Below, one piece after another: positions 40,334-49,694 of a DNA stretch of 64,000 bases. The notes below the pieces were generated by a model. The model saw only the letters and a program-made list of their open reading frames with translations, was not told the origin of the DNA and did no database searches. The DNA comes from a plasmid. Made by a program: the position numbers and the translations under genes. The stretch is from sequence record NZ_CP014527.1; one strand, written 5' to 3'. Each line of letters begins with the position of its first letter. Positions within the stretch are counted from its first letter, which is position 1.

Positions 40334-41532
40334 TAACAGCCCATCGTATCGCGCTTGATCCCAACAATGTGCAGGCCACATATCTGGCCCGCGCTGCCGG
40401 GACAGCCCGCTTTGCCTATAACTGGGCCCTGGCGGAGTGGGGGCGGCAGTATGCGGCATGGAAAGAGGACAACACCCTGCCAAAGCCCTCGCAGTACGCC
40501 CTGCGCAAGCAGCTCAATGCCGTCAAGCGGGAGCAGTTTCCGTGGATGCTGGAGGTTACGAAGAATGCCCCCCAGATGGCCATCATCCAGCTTGGAGAGG
40601 CCTTCAGGAACTTCTTCGCGGGCCGTGCCCGTTATCCGAAGTTCCGCAAGAAAGGTGTACACGACCGCTTCACCCTGACCAACGACCAGTTCACTATCGA
40701 CGGTTCACACATCCGCATCCCCCATCTGGGCCGGGTGCGGATGCGCGAGGCGTTGCGCTTTACCGGCAAGATCATGTCAGCCACCGTGTCCCGTGTGGCC
40801 GACCGCTGGTTTGTCAGTCTTGCCGTGGAGACACCCGAGGAGCCATGCCTGCCCCACGCTGAAAACCAAGGTGCGGTGGGTGTGGATCTCGGTGTCTCCG
40901 CACTGGCAACGCTCTCGACCGGGGACAGCCTTCCGGGACCCAAACCGCACAAGGCCGCGCTGAACCGTCTGCGCCGTTTGTCCCGGAGCCTGTCCCGGAA
41001 ACAGAAAGGCTCCTCCAACCGCCGCAAGGCCCGGCAGAAGCTGGCCCGTCTTCACGCCCGGATCAGCAACATCCGCACCGATGCCCTGCACAAGCTCACC
41101 ACAGCACTGGTCCGCAGATTTCACCTCATCGGCATCGAAGACCTGAATGTACGCGGCATGATGCGCAACCGGCATCTGGCCCGCGCCATTGCCGACATGA
41201 GCTTTCATGCTTTCAGGCGGCAACTGGAATACAAGATGGCACGGCGCGGGGGACGGGTTGTGGTTGCCGACAGGTGGTTTGCCAGCAGCAAGACCTGTTC
41301 GTGCTGTGGGCACAAACTCGAAAGCCTGCCTTTGGCAACACGGGCATGGGTGTGTCCCGTGTGCCGTACGCAGCATGATCGTGACGTGAATGCCGCGATC
41401 AACCTGAGACATCTGGCGGTGAGCTCCACCGTGTCAGCCTGTGGAGAGGAAAGCTCTGGCTTGGGTCGCAAGACCAAAGCGAAACTGGCCTCAGGGAAGC
41501 AGGAAGCAAGCAGCAGGTTTACTCATATATGA
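40330..41532 (+). CDS. tnpB: TnpB (IS605 OrfB-family RuvC-like, RNA-guided nuclease class)
   Basis: 400 aa with a C-terminal zinc finger CSCCGH...CPVCRTQHDRDVNAAINL and RuvC-like motifs. Overlaps tnpA through an ATGA junction. Confidence 0.85.
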   Translation: MITAHRIALDPNNVQATYLARAAGTARFAYNWALAEWGRQYAAWKEDNTLPKPSQYALRKQLNAVKREQFPWMLEVTKNAPQMAIIQLGEAFRNFFAGRARYPKFRKKGVHDRFTLTNDQFTIDGSHIRIPHLGRVRMREALRFTGKIMSATVSRVADRWFVSLAVETPEEPCLPHAENQGAVGVDLGVSALATLSTGDSLPGPKPHKAALNRLRRLSRSLSRKQKGSSNRRKARQKLARLHARISNIRTDALHKLTTALVRRFHLIGIEDLNVRGMMRNRHLARAIADMSFHAFRRQLEYKMARRGGRVVVADRWFASSKTCSCCGHKLESLPLATRAWVCPVCRTQHDRDVNAAINLRHLAVSSTVSACGEESSGLGRKTKAKLASGKQEASSRFTHI

Positions 41533-41588
41533 GTAGGTTTGCATAGGTATTGTAGAGCGGTTTCAGAAGGGCAGATTGTAACCGGAGG

Positions 41589-42278
41589 CTAGTCGGGGGG
41601 CTTGCGCTTGCGGGCTTCTTTCTGGTCCAGAATACGCCGATCCAGATCAGCATGCTTCCGTTCCGAGGCATTCCCGTAGCGCTCAAGGAGCGCAAGGCCC
41701 TCACGGACCTCACCCACCTCCCGCGCGGCCTTGTACATTTCACGCGCACTCGGCCACTCGAAGGGATAGCGGGCAAAGACCTTTGAATCATCCATCTTCA
41801 GGTTCCACTGTGCCGAAGACAGAAAGGCATAGGCGTTGGATACTTGCTTCAGGAGGAACCGACCGTTATCAAAGGTCCGTTTGACGCAGCGGTTGACCAC
41901 GAAGATAATGCCGTGTTCCCGAAGGAATTTCAGCGCCTTATAGACCGTTGTCCTGCCGTAGCCCGCCTTCTCTCCAAGCGTCTTGTAAGAGACTGCCAGC
42001 TCGCCGGTGTGCCAATTGATCGTTTCGAGGCAAGCCCGATAGACAGCGAGCACCGAACGGCCGCGTCCTTCATAACGCTGCACCTCTGGGCTTGCTGCGA
42101 GTTGCTCCTTCCAGCGCAAAACAGTCTTTCTCGGCGGCGGCTTGCCGAACTTGACAAGATGCTTCTCGAAGGCACCTCGGCGGCACTGCCACTTCGGACC
42201 GTCCGGCAAGCCGAACGGGGGCGTGAGCCGGAAGCCTGTGAGGTGGTTTGTTAAAGACGATGTAGACACAAACGGCAT
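41589..42278 (-). CDS. Winged-HTH protein, possible plasmid replication-initiator-like or regulator
   Basis: 229 aa with a central wHTH (SYKTLGEKAGYGRTTVYKALKFLREHGII) and a basic C-terminus. Located beside iteron-like repeats in a plasmid-derived context. Confidence 0.3.
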   Translation of the reverse strand: MPFVSTSSLTNHLTGFRLTPPFGLPDGPKWQCRRGAFEKHLVKFGKPPPRKTVLRWKEQLAASPEVQRYEGRGRSVLAVYRACLETINWHTGELAVSYKTLGEKAGYGRTTVYKALKFLREHGIIFVVNRCVKRTFDNGRFLLKQVSNAYAFLSSAQWNLKMDDSKVFARYPFEWPSAREMYKAAREVGEVREGLALLERYGNASERKHADLDRRILDQKEARKRKPPD

Positions 42279-42462
42279 CCCGATTTTCGGGGCCGGTTCA
42301 ACTTGTTTTGCTGGTGCTTCAAGAGTGATTGACTTGGCTGAAGCCGCGCCCTATCTTGGGCTTTGCGGTAACGCCTGCATTCACTGGCACCAGCAGCGCA
42401 AGTTGTTCCAGCCAAGTATTTCACAGTGGATGTGCCGCAAACCGTTGGCGCGGTAGGCAACA

Positions 42463-42492
42463 CAGCCCGGGGATGACCCCGGGCTTTTTCTT
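42463..42492 (+). terminator. Rho-independent terminator with no annotated upstream gene
   Basis: Hairpin AGCCCGGGG-atga-CCCCGGGCT followed by TTTTTCTTT. Confidence 0.6.
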
Positions 42493-42613
42493 TGTCCGTC
42501 ATTTTGGCTGGCGTGTAAAGCGTTGTATGTAAAGTGGCGGATCCACATCCCGGTTTACCCCTTCCCCCACGGGCGGCTCGAGCAAGCCAATCCCTGTTGT
42601 CTGCTGTACATTC

Positions 42614-42862
42614 CTACGAGGTGGCCCGCGTTCCGACCGGATCCGGCACAGCGTTGTTTGCCGCTTCAACAGGACCGGGTTCCCGGCTGTCGGCACGTGA
42701 ATCGAGCAGAATCATCTCACCGGATCCGGCGGTCAGGATAATTTCTGTGGCATACCGGTCCCGGCCGTCAGCATCCGTCCATTTCCGGGTCTGCAACTGG
42801 CCTTCGATATACACACGTGATCCGCTTGCGCAGATACTTCCCGGCCACGACACGGCGCCCAC
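42614..42862 (-). pseudogene. ssb: Single-stranded DNA-binding protein fragment (OB-fold C-terminal part only)
   Basis: [26 protein letters not shown] is the conserved SSB L45/beta-strand region. The N-terminal OB-fold half and the acidic DDDIPF tail are both absent. Confidence 0.6.
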
Positions 42863-42884
42863 CGGACTTCACAGTCAATGACAA

Positions 42885-43176
42885 CACAATGGAATGTCAA
42901 AGCGCGTGAAACAGGGACCCATCTCGCAAGACGGGACAGGAGACATGTATAACCACGAACAGGGATGCAAACGAGTTTGGCGAGTGTTTATGCGCCAGTC
43001 TCAAAGAATCTCGAAGTTTCTCAGAGAATCTCCAAGAATCTCAAAGTTTCTACGTCGTACCCACCGGCAGGATAGAGGAGGTGGGCCCACCTCCTGTCCT
43101 CATTCGATGAGGATGCTTGTTCGCACGGTCCGGCCGTGCTCAACGCAAGCGTGAGAAAGAGGGAGCTTTTTAACCG
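42885..43176 (+). repeat. About 290-bp repeat R1: diverged left part, an iteron-like array (aagaatctc/agtttctc units), and a conserved 140-bp core with 20-bp and 17-bp palindromes
   Basis: Core 43035-43176 is about 95% identical to 48911-49052. It contains AGGAGGTGGGCCCACCTCCT and GCACGGTCCGGCCGTGC. Confidence 0.8.
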
Positions 43177-43301
43177 GACGACAGGCTGTTTTTTGGACGA
43201 CGGACTCTTGCACAAAACATGTTATTATAGTAACGACTTTTATTTAGCGCGTTTAAGTAGAAAGTATCGCGCATCCTACCGGGAAACTTAGGAGAAAACC
43301 C

Positions 43302-44312
43302 ATGGCAAACCTAGTATCGGCCTTAGGCCAAACCAAGGCAAATCATGATGCTACAAATGACACTCTGTACGGCGTAGGCGGAGACGGAGATGACAGGCTC
43401 GAGGGAGGTAGGGGAAATGACTTCCTGTATGGTGGTGCAGGAGACGACGCCCTGCACGGCGGAGACGGAGACGACCGTCTGTCCGGCGGATATGGAGACG
43501 ACACCCTGAATGGTGGGGAGGGAGATGACAAGCTCGAGGGAGGTGAGGGGAATGATACCCTCTATGGAGGGTTTGGCAGTGATGTCTTGGATGGCGGTAG
43601 GGGAAATGATCACCTGTATGGTGGCGCAGGAGACGACACCCTGTACGGCGGAGACGGAGACGACATCCTGAATGGTGGGGAGGGAGATGACAGGCTCGAG
43701 GGAGGTAGGGGAAATGACTTCCTGTATGGTGGTGCAGGAGACGACGCCCTGCACGGCGGAGACGGAGACGACCGCCTGTACGGCGGAGACGGAGACGACC
43801 GCCTGCACGGTGGAGGCGGAGACGACATCCTGAATGGTGGGGAGGGAGATGACAGGCTCGAGGGAGGCGAGGGGAATGATATCCTCTATGGAGGGTTTGA
43901 CAATGATGTCCTGGATGGCGGTAGGGGGAATGACTTCCTGTATGGTGGCGCAGGAGACGACACCCTGTACGGCGGAGACGGAGATGACATCCTGTATAGC
44001 GGGTCCGGTAATGATACCTTGTATGGTGGGGCAGGTGCCGACCAATTTATCTACACGTCGACATCATTGGGCAGCGATGTTGTACTGGATTTCAATGCTG
44101 CAGAAGGAGATCGTATCCGTCTTGATATTGAAACCTCATCTGGCACGCGTCTGACATGGAGCGACAGTGGGCCGCAAAAACTGTCAATGTGGGCCGAGCC
44201 ATCTGATGGAGGTATGGTTCTGCGCGCTGATATTGACTGCAATACTGATGCAGATATCAGTATCAACCTGCAAGGCGTTTCTGATCTGGGGCCAGATGCC
44301 TTGATTCTCTAA
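43302..44312 (+). CDS. RTX-type calcium-binding repeat protein (hemolysin-type nonapeptide repeats)
   Basis: More than 25 tandem GGxGxDxL/Y nonapeptides ([15 protein letters not shown]...). The last ~90 aa are non-repetitive. There is an RBS AGGAGA 8 bp upstream. No T1SS genes are in the window. Confidence 0.8.
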   Translation: MANLVSALGQTKANHDATNDTLYGVGGDGDDRLEGGRGNDFLYGGAGDDALHGGDGDDRLSGGYGDDTLNGGEGDDKLEGGEGNDTLYGGFGSDVLDGGRGNDHLYGGAGDDTLYGGDGDDILNGGEGDDRLEGGRGNDFLYGGAGDDALHGGDGDDRLYGGDGDDRLHGGGGDDILNGGEGDDRLEGGEGNDILYGGFDNDVLDGGRGNDFLYGGAGDDTLYGGDGDDILYSGSGNDTLYGGAGADQFIYTSTSLGSDVVLDFNAAEGDRIRLDIETSSGTRLTWSDSGPQKLSMWAEPSDGGMVLRADIDCNTDADISINLQGVSDLGPDALIL

Positions 44313-44439
44313 GGGCGCGGGCTGCCCCAATTCTTTCTGCTACGCTTGGTGAAGTTCGACAAATAGGCCATTTCCAACCGGAATGGGGTCTGATTTCGTT
44401 TGTTTCGTTTACAATGACCTTCACCTCTCTTTCCCTTAA

Positions 44440-44566
44440 CCCCGGCGCGAAAATCTTCAGTCACCAGAGCCAGGGAGGGGGGCGAATATTCGCTGAGCTG
44501 TCCGGCATAGCCGCGCCCGTCAACGAACAGGTTGATATTTTTCAGAACGTCGCGCGCGGCCATCAG
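44440..44566 (-). pseudogene. Phage P2-like major tail-tube protein (FII family) N-terminal fragment
   Basis: MAARDVLKNINLFVDGRGYAGQLSEYSPPSLALVTEDFRAG matches the ...LKxxNLFxDGxxYxG...EDYRAGG N-terminus of FII-type tube proteins. The frame then degenerates. Confidence 0.45.
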
Positions 44567-44733
44567 TGAAAGGCCTCCTTGATCGGGGGCGAGGTTTGCC
44601 GCGCCCCCGATCAATTTATTTTTCCCCGTCGTAAAAACGGCCGTTTATGCAGATGGTAGAACACGCTGGCGCGAAAGAATTGCGTATTTTTAACTGGAAT
44701 ATGGGAGAAGCCTGATTGCAGGCTACACCGATC

Positions 44734-45009
44734 TTATTCGTCGAAAAGATCGGTGTGCCGTCCAGTTCGTTCAAAGCGGACAACATTGCCATTGATTTTG
44801 TAGATCAGAAGCCAGTCCGACTCAATGTGGGCATCCCGGTAGCTACGCCACCGCCCTTTAAGCGGGTGGTCGAGATACGTGGCAGGCAACGGCGTACCTG
44901 CTATCAGCAGCTCTATCAGAACCTTGAGCTTGCTCATGTCCTTGCCACGCCTTCCAGAAGCCTTGACGTCACGCTTGAACTGGCCAGAATACTCCGGGTG
45001 CCGCATCAA
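44734..45009 (-). CDS. yafQ: Type II toxin YafQ (RelE/ParE superfamily mRNA interferase)
   Basis: 91 aa. HPEYSGQFKRDVK...YRDAHIESDWLLIYKI...RTGRHTDLF is collinear with E. coli YafQ. Confidence 0.85.
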   Translation of the reverse strand: MMRHPEYSGQFKRDVKASGRRGKDMSKLKVLIELLIAGTPLPATYLDHPLKGRWRSYRDAHIESDWLLIYKINGNVVRFERTGRHTDLFDE

Positions 45010-45266
45010 ATACCCAGCTGGGCAAACAGATCATCCGCATCGTTGGCATGGTGAACATCTTCACCATGCTCACTTTTCGCCAGCGTTTCCGCCGTCAGTG
45101 CGTTAGGAACGCGCATGTCGAATGGCAGCGTCTTTTCTTTGGCGATTTTGGTGAGGGCAATGCGCACTACATCGGACACAGTAAGCCCCATACCCGCCAG
45201 TACGGCAGCGGCTTCGTTTTTTAGCGTCTCGTCGATCCGGGCGCGGACAAATGCATTTGCTTTCAT
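45006..45266 (-). CDS. dinJ: Type II antitoxin DinJ (RelB/DinJ family)
   Basis: 86 aa from MKANAFVRARIDETLKNEAAAVLAGMGLTVSDVVRI, which is collinear with E. coli DinJ. Overlaps the yafQ start by 4 bp. Confidence 0.85.
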   Translation of the reverse strand: MKANAFVRARIDETLKNEAAAVLAGMGLTVSDVVRIALTKIAKEKTLPFDMRVPNALTAETLAKSEHGEDVHHANDADDLFAQLGI

Positions 45267-45490
45267 GGGACGCCTTGGTTCCATTGGGAGCCTCGCATTC
45301 AGGGTGAGATAACACTGTAGCTCAAATGAACCACTTTTGCAAGGCACCTCTTTTTAACCATCTCTTTCTTTTTTTCAGCCACTTGACGCACAGCTTTCAG
45401 CATATATACGAAAGAACAACGTCCTTGACGTTCAGATTATTTTAACTGATATAAGATGTCATCTTAATATTAAAAAAGGATCTGAATGAG

Positions 45491-46132
45491 ATGATAATAA
45501 CGGTTGGTAATACAAAAGGTGGCGTGGGCAAAACTACGATATCGGTTAATTTGGCGGTCGCCCGCGCATTGTCCGGTCGCGATGTATGGTTGATTGATGG
45601 TGACCGACAGGGTACGGCGCAAACTGCAATCAGTATCCGGGCTGAAGCGGGGTACGCTCCGGGGATTGCTTGTGCCACTTATCCGGATGGCCCGACATTG
45701 CGGTCACAGGTTCAGCAACAGGCATCCAGATTTAATGATGTGATTATCGATGCTGGCGGACGTGACTCAACTGCATTGCGTGCTGCCCTTGTACTGTCTG
45801 ATGTGCTTCTGGTTCCATTCCAGCCTCGGAGTTATGACGTGTGGGCACTCAACGATATTGCGGCACTGGTTGATGAGGCCAGAAGTGTGCGTGATGGTCT
45901 GCGGTGCTTTGCCGTTCTTAATTGCGCCGATCCGGGCGAGCATTCAACAGACAACATAGAAGCTGCCGCTGCGGTCGCTGAAGTTCCCCAATTTGAATAC
46001 CTCCCAACTCCTTTGCGTCGTCGCAAAGCTTTTGCTAATGCCGCAGGTTCGGGGCAAAGCGTTCTTGAATTGAGGCCGCAGGATCACAAGGCGACAGCCG
46101 AGGTAAATAACCTTATTAACGCATTGTTTTAA
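45491..46132 (+). CDS. parA: ParA-family partition ATPase (small, type Ib plasmid-type)
   Basis: 213 aa. Walker A GNTKGGVGKTT. Confidence 0.8.
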   Translation: MIITVGNTKGGVGKTTISVNLAVARALSGRDVWLIDGDRQGTAQTAISIRAEAGYAPGIACATYPDGPTLRSQVQQQASRFNDVIIDAGGRDSTALRAALVLSDVLLVPFQPRSYDVWALNDIAALVDEARSVRDGLRCFAVLNCADPGEHSTDNIEAAAAVAEVPQFEYLPTPLRRRKAFANAAGSGQSVLELRPQDHKATAEVNNLINALF

Positions 46133-46171
46133 TATTAAAAAGATATCTAAATAGAGTTGTAAGGGGTTTAA

Positions 46172-46438
46172 ATGGCTATTACGAAGAAACCAGTCAAGCC
46201 TGTTGCAGGTTCATCCTTTGCCCCTGTCGATGCCTTTATCTCAGGTGCTCCGGATGCTGATCAGGGGCCGCGTCGTGTCCGCAAGGGACGCAAGGTCCAG
46301 ATTACACTAACAATCACAGAACCCTTGTTGGCTCGCGTGGATGAGCTGGCCGGACATCTTGGGCAAAGCAGGGCCGCTGTGATTAATCTGGCTGTTATGC
46401 AGATGCTTCAAACAGGCTTGCGTATTGATGGCGAATAA
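46172..46438 (+). CDS. ParG-like ribbon-helix-helix centromere-binding protein
   Basis: 88 aa with a disordered basic N-terminus and a C-terminal RHH (KVQITLTITEPLLARVDELAGHLGQSRAAVINLAV). Immediately downstream of parA. Confidence 0.6.
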   Translation: MAITKKPVKPVAGSSFAPVDAFISGAPDADQGPRRVRKGRKVQITLTITEPLLARVDELAGHLGQSRAAVINLAVMQMLQTGLRIDGE

Positions 46439-46555
46439 TCTGCCTTCGCGTGTTGCCTTGTCTTCCTTGAAGAAGCAGAAAAAAATAACGTTTCTGCGCT
46501 GAATGCATTTCTGACGCCATGCCAATACCACCCGGCATGGCGTTCTGATTCAGAT

Positions 46556-48262
46556 TCAGACCGTTTTCTTTTTCTGTTTTGCCTTTGCCTTTGCCGGTTT
46601 TGGTATGTCTTTCAGCTCGACCGTGGCGGCCCTCGACCATGGCTCGGGGATCAGGTCCCATGGCATGATGGCGGTGTTGAGCTTCAGCAGTTCAGGCACG
46701 TTGATATCAGCCGTGCACCAGAGGCGGACCGGCTCGTCATCGGCATTGCGTTCCACATGAACAAGCAGCCGGTTGATACAGGTGCGCACAAGAACGGTGG
46801 ACAGGCCGTCGGACGGATCGTGCTTCAGGCGGGCCAGAAGGCGTTTCCAGCGGTTCAGGCTTTCGTTGGCAAGGTCGGTGCGGAAAATCAGCTTGTCCAG
46901 TTCCCGCTGGTGCGTATAGAGCTGAAGGCGTGCGTTGGTGATCTGCTTTTCCTTGTCGTCCAGAAAGGACCGGATGACGGGGCGGTTGGTCCGGTTTCCG
47001 AGATCGGACAGCAGTGCCTTGACCTCATCTGTTGCCTGGTCGATCTGTTGTTGCAGCCGTTCAATGGCGCTTTCGTGGCGTTGCCGGTCCGGTGAAAGCG
47101 TCTCCTGAAAGGTGCGGATGGTGTCCAGATCAACCGTATTCAGCGCCTCCAGACCTTGGACAATGATGGTTTCGCGCGGGATCATCCACAAGGCGGTCCG
47201 GCGTGATCCATAATAACCCGGCGGGGCGGCGGTCAACGGGTGGCCGGTTTCGGCGCACCGCAAGCGGCGCGTGAAGAACCAGCTTCCGGTCTGGCCGGTC
47301 TTCATCTGGAGCGAGCGGGCCTTGCGCTGGCGTTCCATCGCCCGTTCCCGGCTGCGGGCCTTGGCATCGGCGGCGCGGATATGACGCATGGAAGACCGGT
47401 CTTCAATCATGCGCTGGACCGCATCGAACAGGTCCTCGTCCACAATCGCGAGCTCCGGAACCGGTATCCGCAGCCATTCACTTTGAGGCCGCACAACACA
47501 GTTCCGTTTTCCGGTTTCGGGATTGACCCGGTATTCCTGCCGGTTCCAGGTGATCCAGCCTTTGTACAACGTATGGCGCAGGACGCCGGTTTGCCGGGAC
47601 GCCGTTCCGACCAGAGCGGATATGGACCACGTTCCGCCACGCGGCGATGCAATGCCGTCGTCGTTCAGGCCTTCACAGATTTCACTCAAGATCGCGCCGT
47701 CATGGTACTCGCTGTAGATACGCCGGATGACCTCCGCCTCCCCCGGATGAATCTCGCGCTCGCCACGGACCAGTTCGCCTTTTTCATCCAGGCGGTGTTT
47801 GGTGCGATAGCCATAGCACAAGCCGCCGGGGATCTTCCCGCGCAGCGTGATGGCCCGCAACCCGCGCCGGGTCTTGTCGGCAAGGTCCCGCAGGTACAGC
47901 GCGTTCATCGTGCCTTTCAGACCGATATGCAGCTCGTTGATGGTGCCGTCCGCGATGGTTTCAATATCGATCCCCATGAAGCGCAGTTTCTCGTACAGCG
48001 CGGCGATATCGGACTGGCTGCGGGACAGGCGTGACAAGTCCTCGCTCAACACTTTCTCGAATTCACCGGCCAGGGCGGCGGCAACCAGCGCCTTGGCATT
48101 CTCGCGGTGGGACATGGTGGCTCCTGACAACGCCTCGTCGGCGAAAATGTGGGATACCGTCCACCCCCGGTCTGCGCAAAACTGGATACACCGGGCCACC
48201 TGATCGGCGCTGGATGTGTCCTGTTTGTCGGTGCTGTGGCGCGCGTAAATGGCGACCAGCAT
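46556..48262 (-). CDS. Large serine recombinase (resolvase/integrase class)
   Basis: 569 aa from MLVAIYARHSTDKQD (catalytic Ser in ARHST). A recombinase domain plus a long C-terminal coiled-coil/zinc-ribbon-like extension. Confidence 0.75.
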   Translation of the reverse strand: MLVAIYARHSTDKQDTSSADQVARCIQFCADRGWTVSHIFADEALSGATMSHRENAKALVAAALAGEFEKVLSEDLSRLSRSQSDIAALYEKLRFMGIDIETIADGTINELHIGLKGTMNALYLRDLADKTRRGLRAITLRGKIPGGLCYGYRTKHRLDEKGELVRGEREIHPGEAEVIRRIYSEYHDGAILSEICEGLNDDGIASPRGGTWSISALVGTASRQTGVLRHTLYKGWITWNRQEYRVNPETGKRNCVVRPQSEWLRIPVPELAIVDEDLFDAVQRMIEDRSSMRHIRAADAKARSRERAMERQRKARSLQMKTGQTGSWFFTRRLRCAETGHPLTAAPPGYYGSRRTALWMIPRETIIVQGLEALNTVDLDTIRTFQETLSPDRQRHESAIERLQQQIDQATDEVKALLSDLGNRTNRPVIRSFLDDKEKQITNARLQLYTHQRELDKLIFRTDLANESLNRWKRLLARLKHDPSDGLSTVLVRTCINRLLVHVERNADDEPVRLWCTADINVPELLKLNTAIMPWDLIPEPWSRAATVELKDIPKPAKAKAKQKKKTV

Positions 48263-48341
48263 GACGTTTCCTCCGGTCTGTGTCGTATGTATACACGACA
48301 TTTAACCGGTTGACGGGCAACGGGGAAAGGGCGGATGACGA

Positions 48342-48677
48342 TCAGGGGGTGTTGGCAGCCTGTGCAGCGGCTTCGGCTTCACGGCGGCGCTTGACCCGGA
48401 TAATCTTGCGGGCGATGCGGTAAACATCTCCCCAGATCTCGTCGACAGAAACCGCAGGATCGGTGTCACGACCGTCCCAGCCCATGGCAACCGCCGTCCC
48501 GACATCAACGCGGGGCGGCAGAAGTTCAGGCGGAATATGGGCGATGATCTCATCCATGCTTGGCACAATGTCGTCATAGTCATCGGCGTCTTCCGGTGAA
48601 ACGGTCAGCCAGTCCACACCATGAAAGATACCGTTGCCTATGAAAGGCAGGCCTTCGTTGTCCTGTACGCTGCTCAT
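48342..48677 (-). CDS. Hypothetical acidic protein
   Basis: ORF from MSSVQDNEGLPFIGNGIF... with no recognisable motif. Confidence 0.25.
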   Translation of the reverse strand: MSSVQDNEGLPFIGNGIFHGVDWLTVSPEDADDYDDIVPSMDEIIAHIPPELLPPRVDVGTAVAMGWDGRDTDPAVSVDEIWGDVYRIARKIIRVKRRREAEAAAQAANTP

Positions 48678-48764
48678 TGCTGTTGTCCTTTCCTGGATAC
48701 AGTGCGGGGGTGCGCAACCAGATACCCCAGCCTTCACAGCTAGCGACAACATCATGAAATGTCA

Positions 48765-49052
48765 ATGCAGGTATGGAGAGTAAAAGCCATGTAAAGGGGA
48801 AATAGACGGTATGTATAACTGCGAACAGTGGTGCAAATGAAATTGGCAAGTATCTAAGTGGTATTCTACGAGTTTCTACGAGTTTCCAAAAGTTTCTACG
48901 AGTTTCTACGAGTTTCCAAAAGTTTCTACGTCGTACCCACCGGCAGGATAGAGGAGGTGGGCCCACCTCCTGTCCTCATTCCATGAGGATGCTTATTCGC
49001 ACGGCCGGGCCGTGCTCAACGCAAGCGTGAGAAAGGGGGAATTTTTTAACCG
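48765..49052 (+). repeat. About 290-bp repeat R2, the partner of R1, with an iteron-like array ((g)agtttctacg x4 and agtttccaaaa x2) and the conserved palindromic core
   Basis: Direct-orientation copy of R1. Its right edge abuts a Tn3-type inverted repeat. Confidence 0.8.
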
Positions 49053-49089
49053 TTTCCGTCTCAGAAAACGGAAAATAAAGCACGCCAAG
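49052..49089 (+). repeat. Tn3-family (Tn21-subgroup-like) 38-bp terminal inverted repeat, inward-facing left end, outer 4 bp degenerate
   Basis: gtttCCGTCTCAGAAAACGGAAAATAAAGCACGCcAAG compared with the canonical GGGGTCGTCTCAGAAAACGGAAAATAAAGCACGCTAAG. The canonical sequence is from memory. Confidence 0.6.
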
Positions 49090-49310
49090 CCGACGTCGGT
49101 AACCACGGCGACGGTACCCGGAGACGACAGGGTTCGGGTTCGGGCGTGGGCTGAAAGGCAGGCTTCAACAGGTTTTGCGAAAAACATGCTCACTTGGTTG
49201 CGTGGACATGATTTCTGCCTAAAAGGTCCGTCTCTGGATGCGGTTTTTCTTCCTGTGGAAAGGAAACTTTGCTATTCTTTCCATAGGCAGACAAGAGAGG
49301 CCCTACCATC

Positions 49311-49694
49311 ATGACGCGGGCACCCAAGTCAGAAACACACCAGCCTGATGCAAGTGCTGTTCTGACCAAAGCTGTGATCCGGGCGGCGGATTATCTGGAT
49401 ATTCCGGCAACCGTGCTGGCAAGAATTCTGGGGCTCAGCGAGCCCACCATATCCCGCATGCGCAAGGGATCCTTTTTTCTTTCAACAAAAAAGAAAGAAT
49501 CCGAGATCGGCGTACTGTTTGTGCGTCTTTTCCGGTCTCTGGACGCGCTGGTCGGAGGAGACCAGGCCAGTGCACGGGCGTGGTTGACCAATGTGAATAC
49601 GGTCCTGCTGGATCGTCCGCTCAACCAGATACAAACCATAAACGGACTGTACAATGTCATTGCATACTTGGACGCCCGCCGCGCTGTCATCTGA
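49311..49694 (+). CDS. Xre-family antitoxin of an Xre-RES pair (MbcA/ParS-like, DUF2384-type)
   Basis: 127 aa with an N-terminal HTH (ATVLARILGLSEPTISRM) and a C-terminal toxin-binding region. Overlaps the RES gene. Confidence 0.6.
   Translation: MTRAPKSETHQPDASAVLTKAVIRAADYLDIPATVLARILGLSEPTISRMRKGSFFLSTKKKESEIGVLFVRLFRSLDALVGGDQASARAWLTNVNTVLLDRPLNQIQTINGLYNVIAYLDARRAVI

Larger units (their letters stand above)
39661..41560 (+). mobile_element. IS607-family insertion sequence, copy 1 (serine-recombinase tnpA plus tnpB). The right boundary is at or beyond 41560.
   Basis: The stretch 39661-41560 is identical to 62097-64000 except for a 4-bp tatc indel near the left end. No terminal inverted repeats, which is typical of IS607. 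Confidence 0.85.

Noticed and set aside
43035-43176. tRNA-like or tmRNA-like appearance of the 140-bp repeat core (TTCGA-containing stem-loops)
   Set aside because: There is no cloverleaf, anticodon arm or CCA-compatible 3' end. It is better explained as palindromic protein-binding or recombination sites.
43323-44045. 240-aa minus-strand ORF, and further repeat-like ORFs, antisense to the RTX gene
   Set aside because: These are artefacts of translating a nonapeptide-repeat gene on the opposite strand.
42990-48915. Short tandem repeat arrays at 42990-43040 and 48868-48915, a possible CRISPR
   Set aside because: The units are 9-11 bp with no spacers of 25 bp or more and no cas genes. They fit iterons, not CRISPR.
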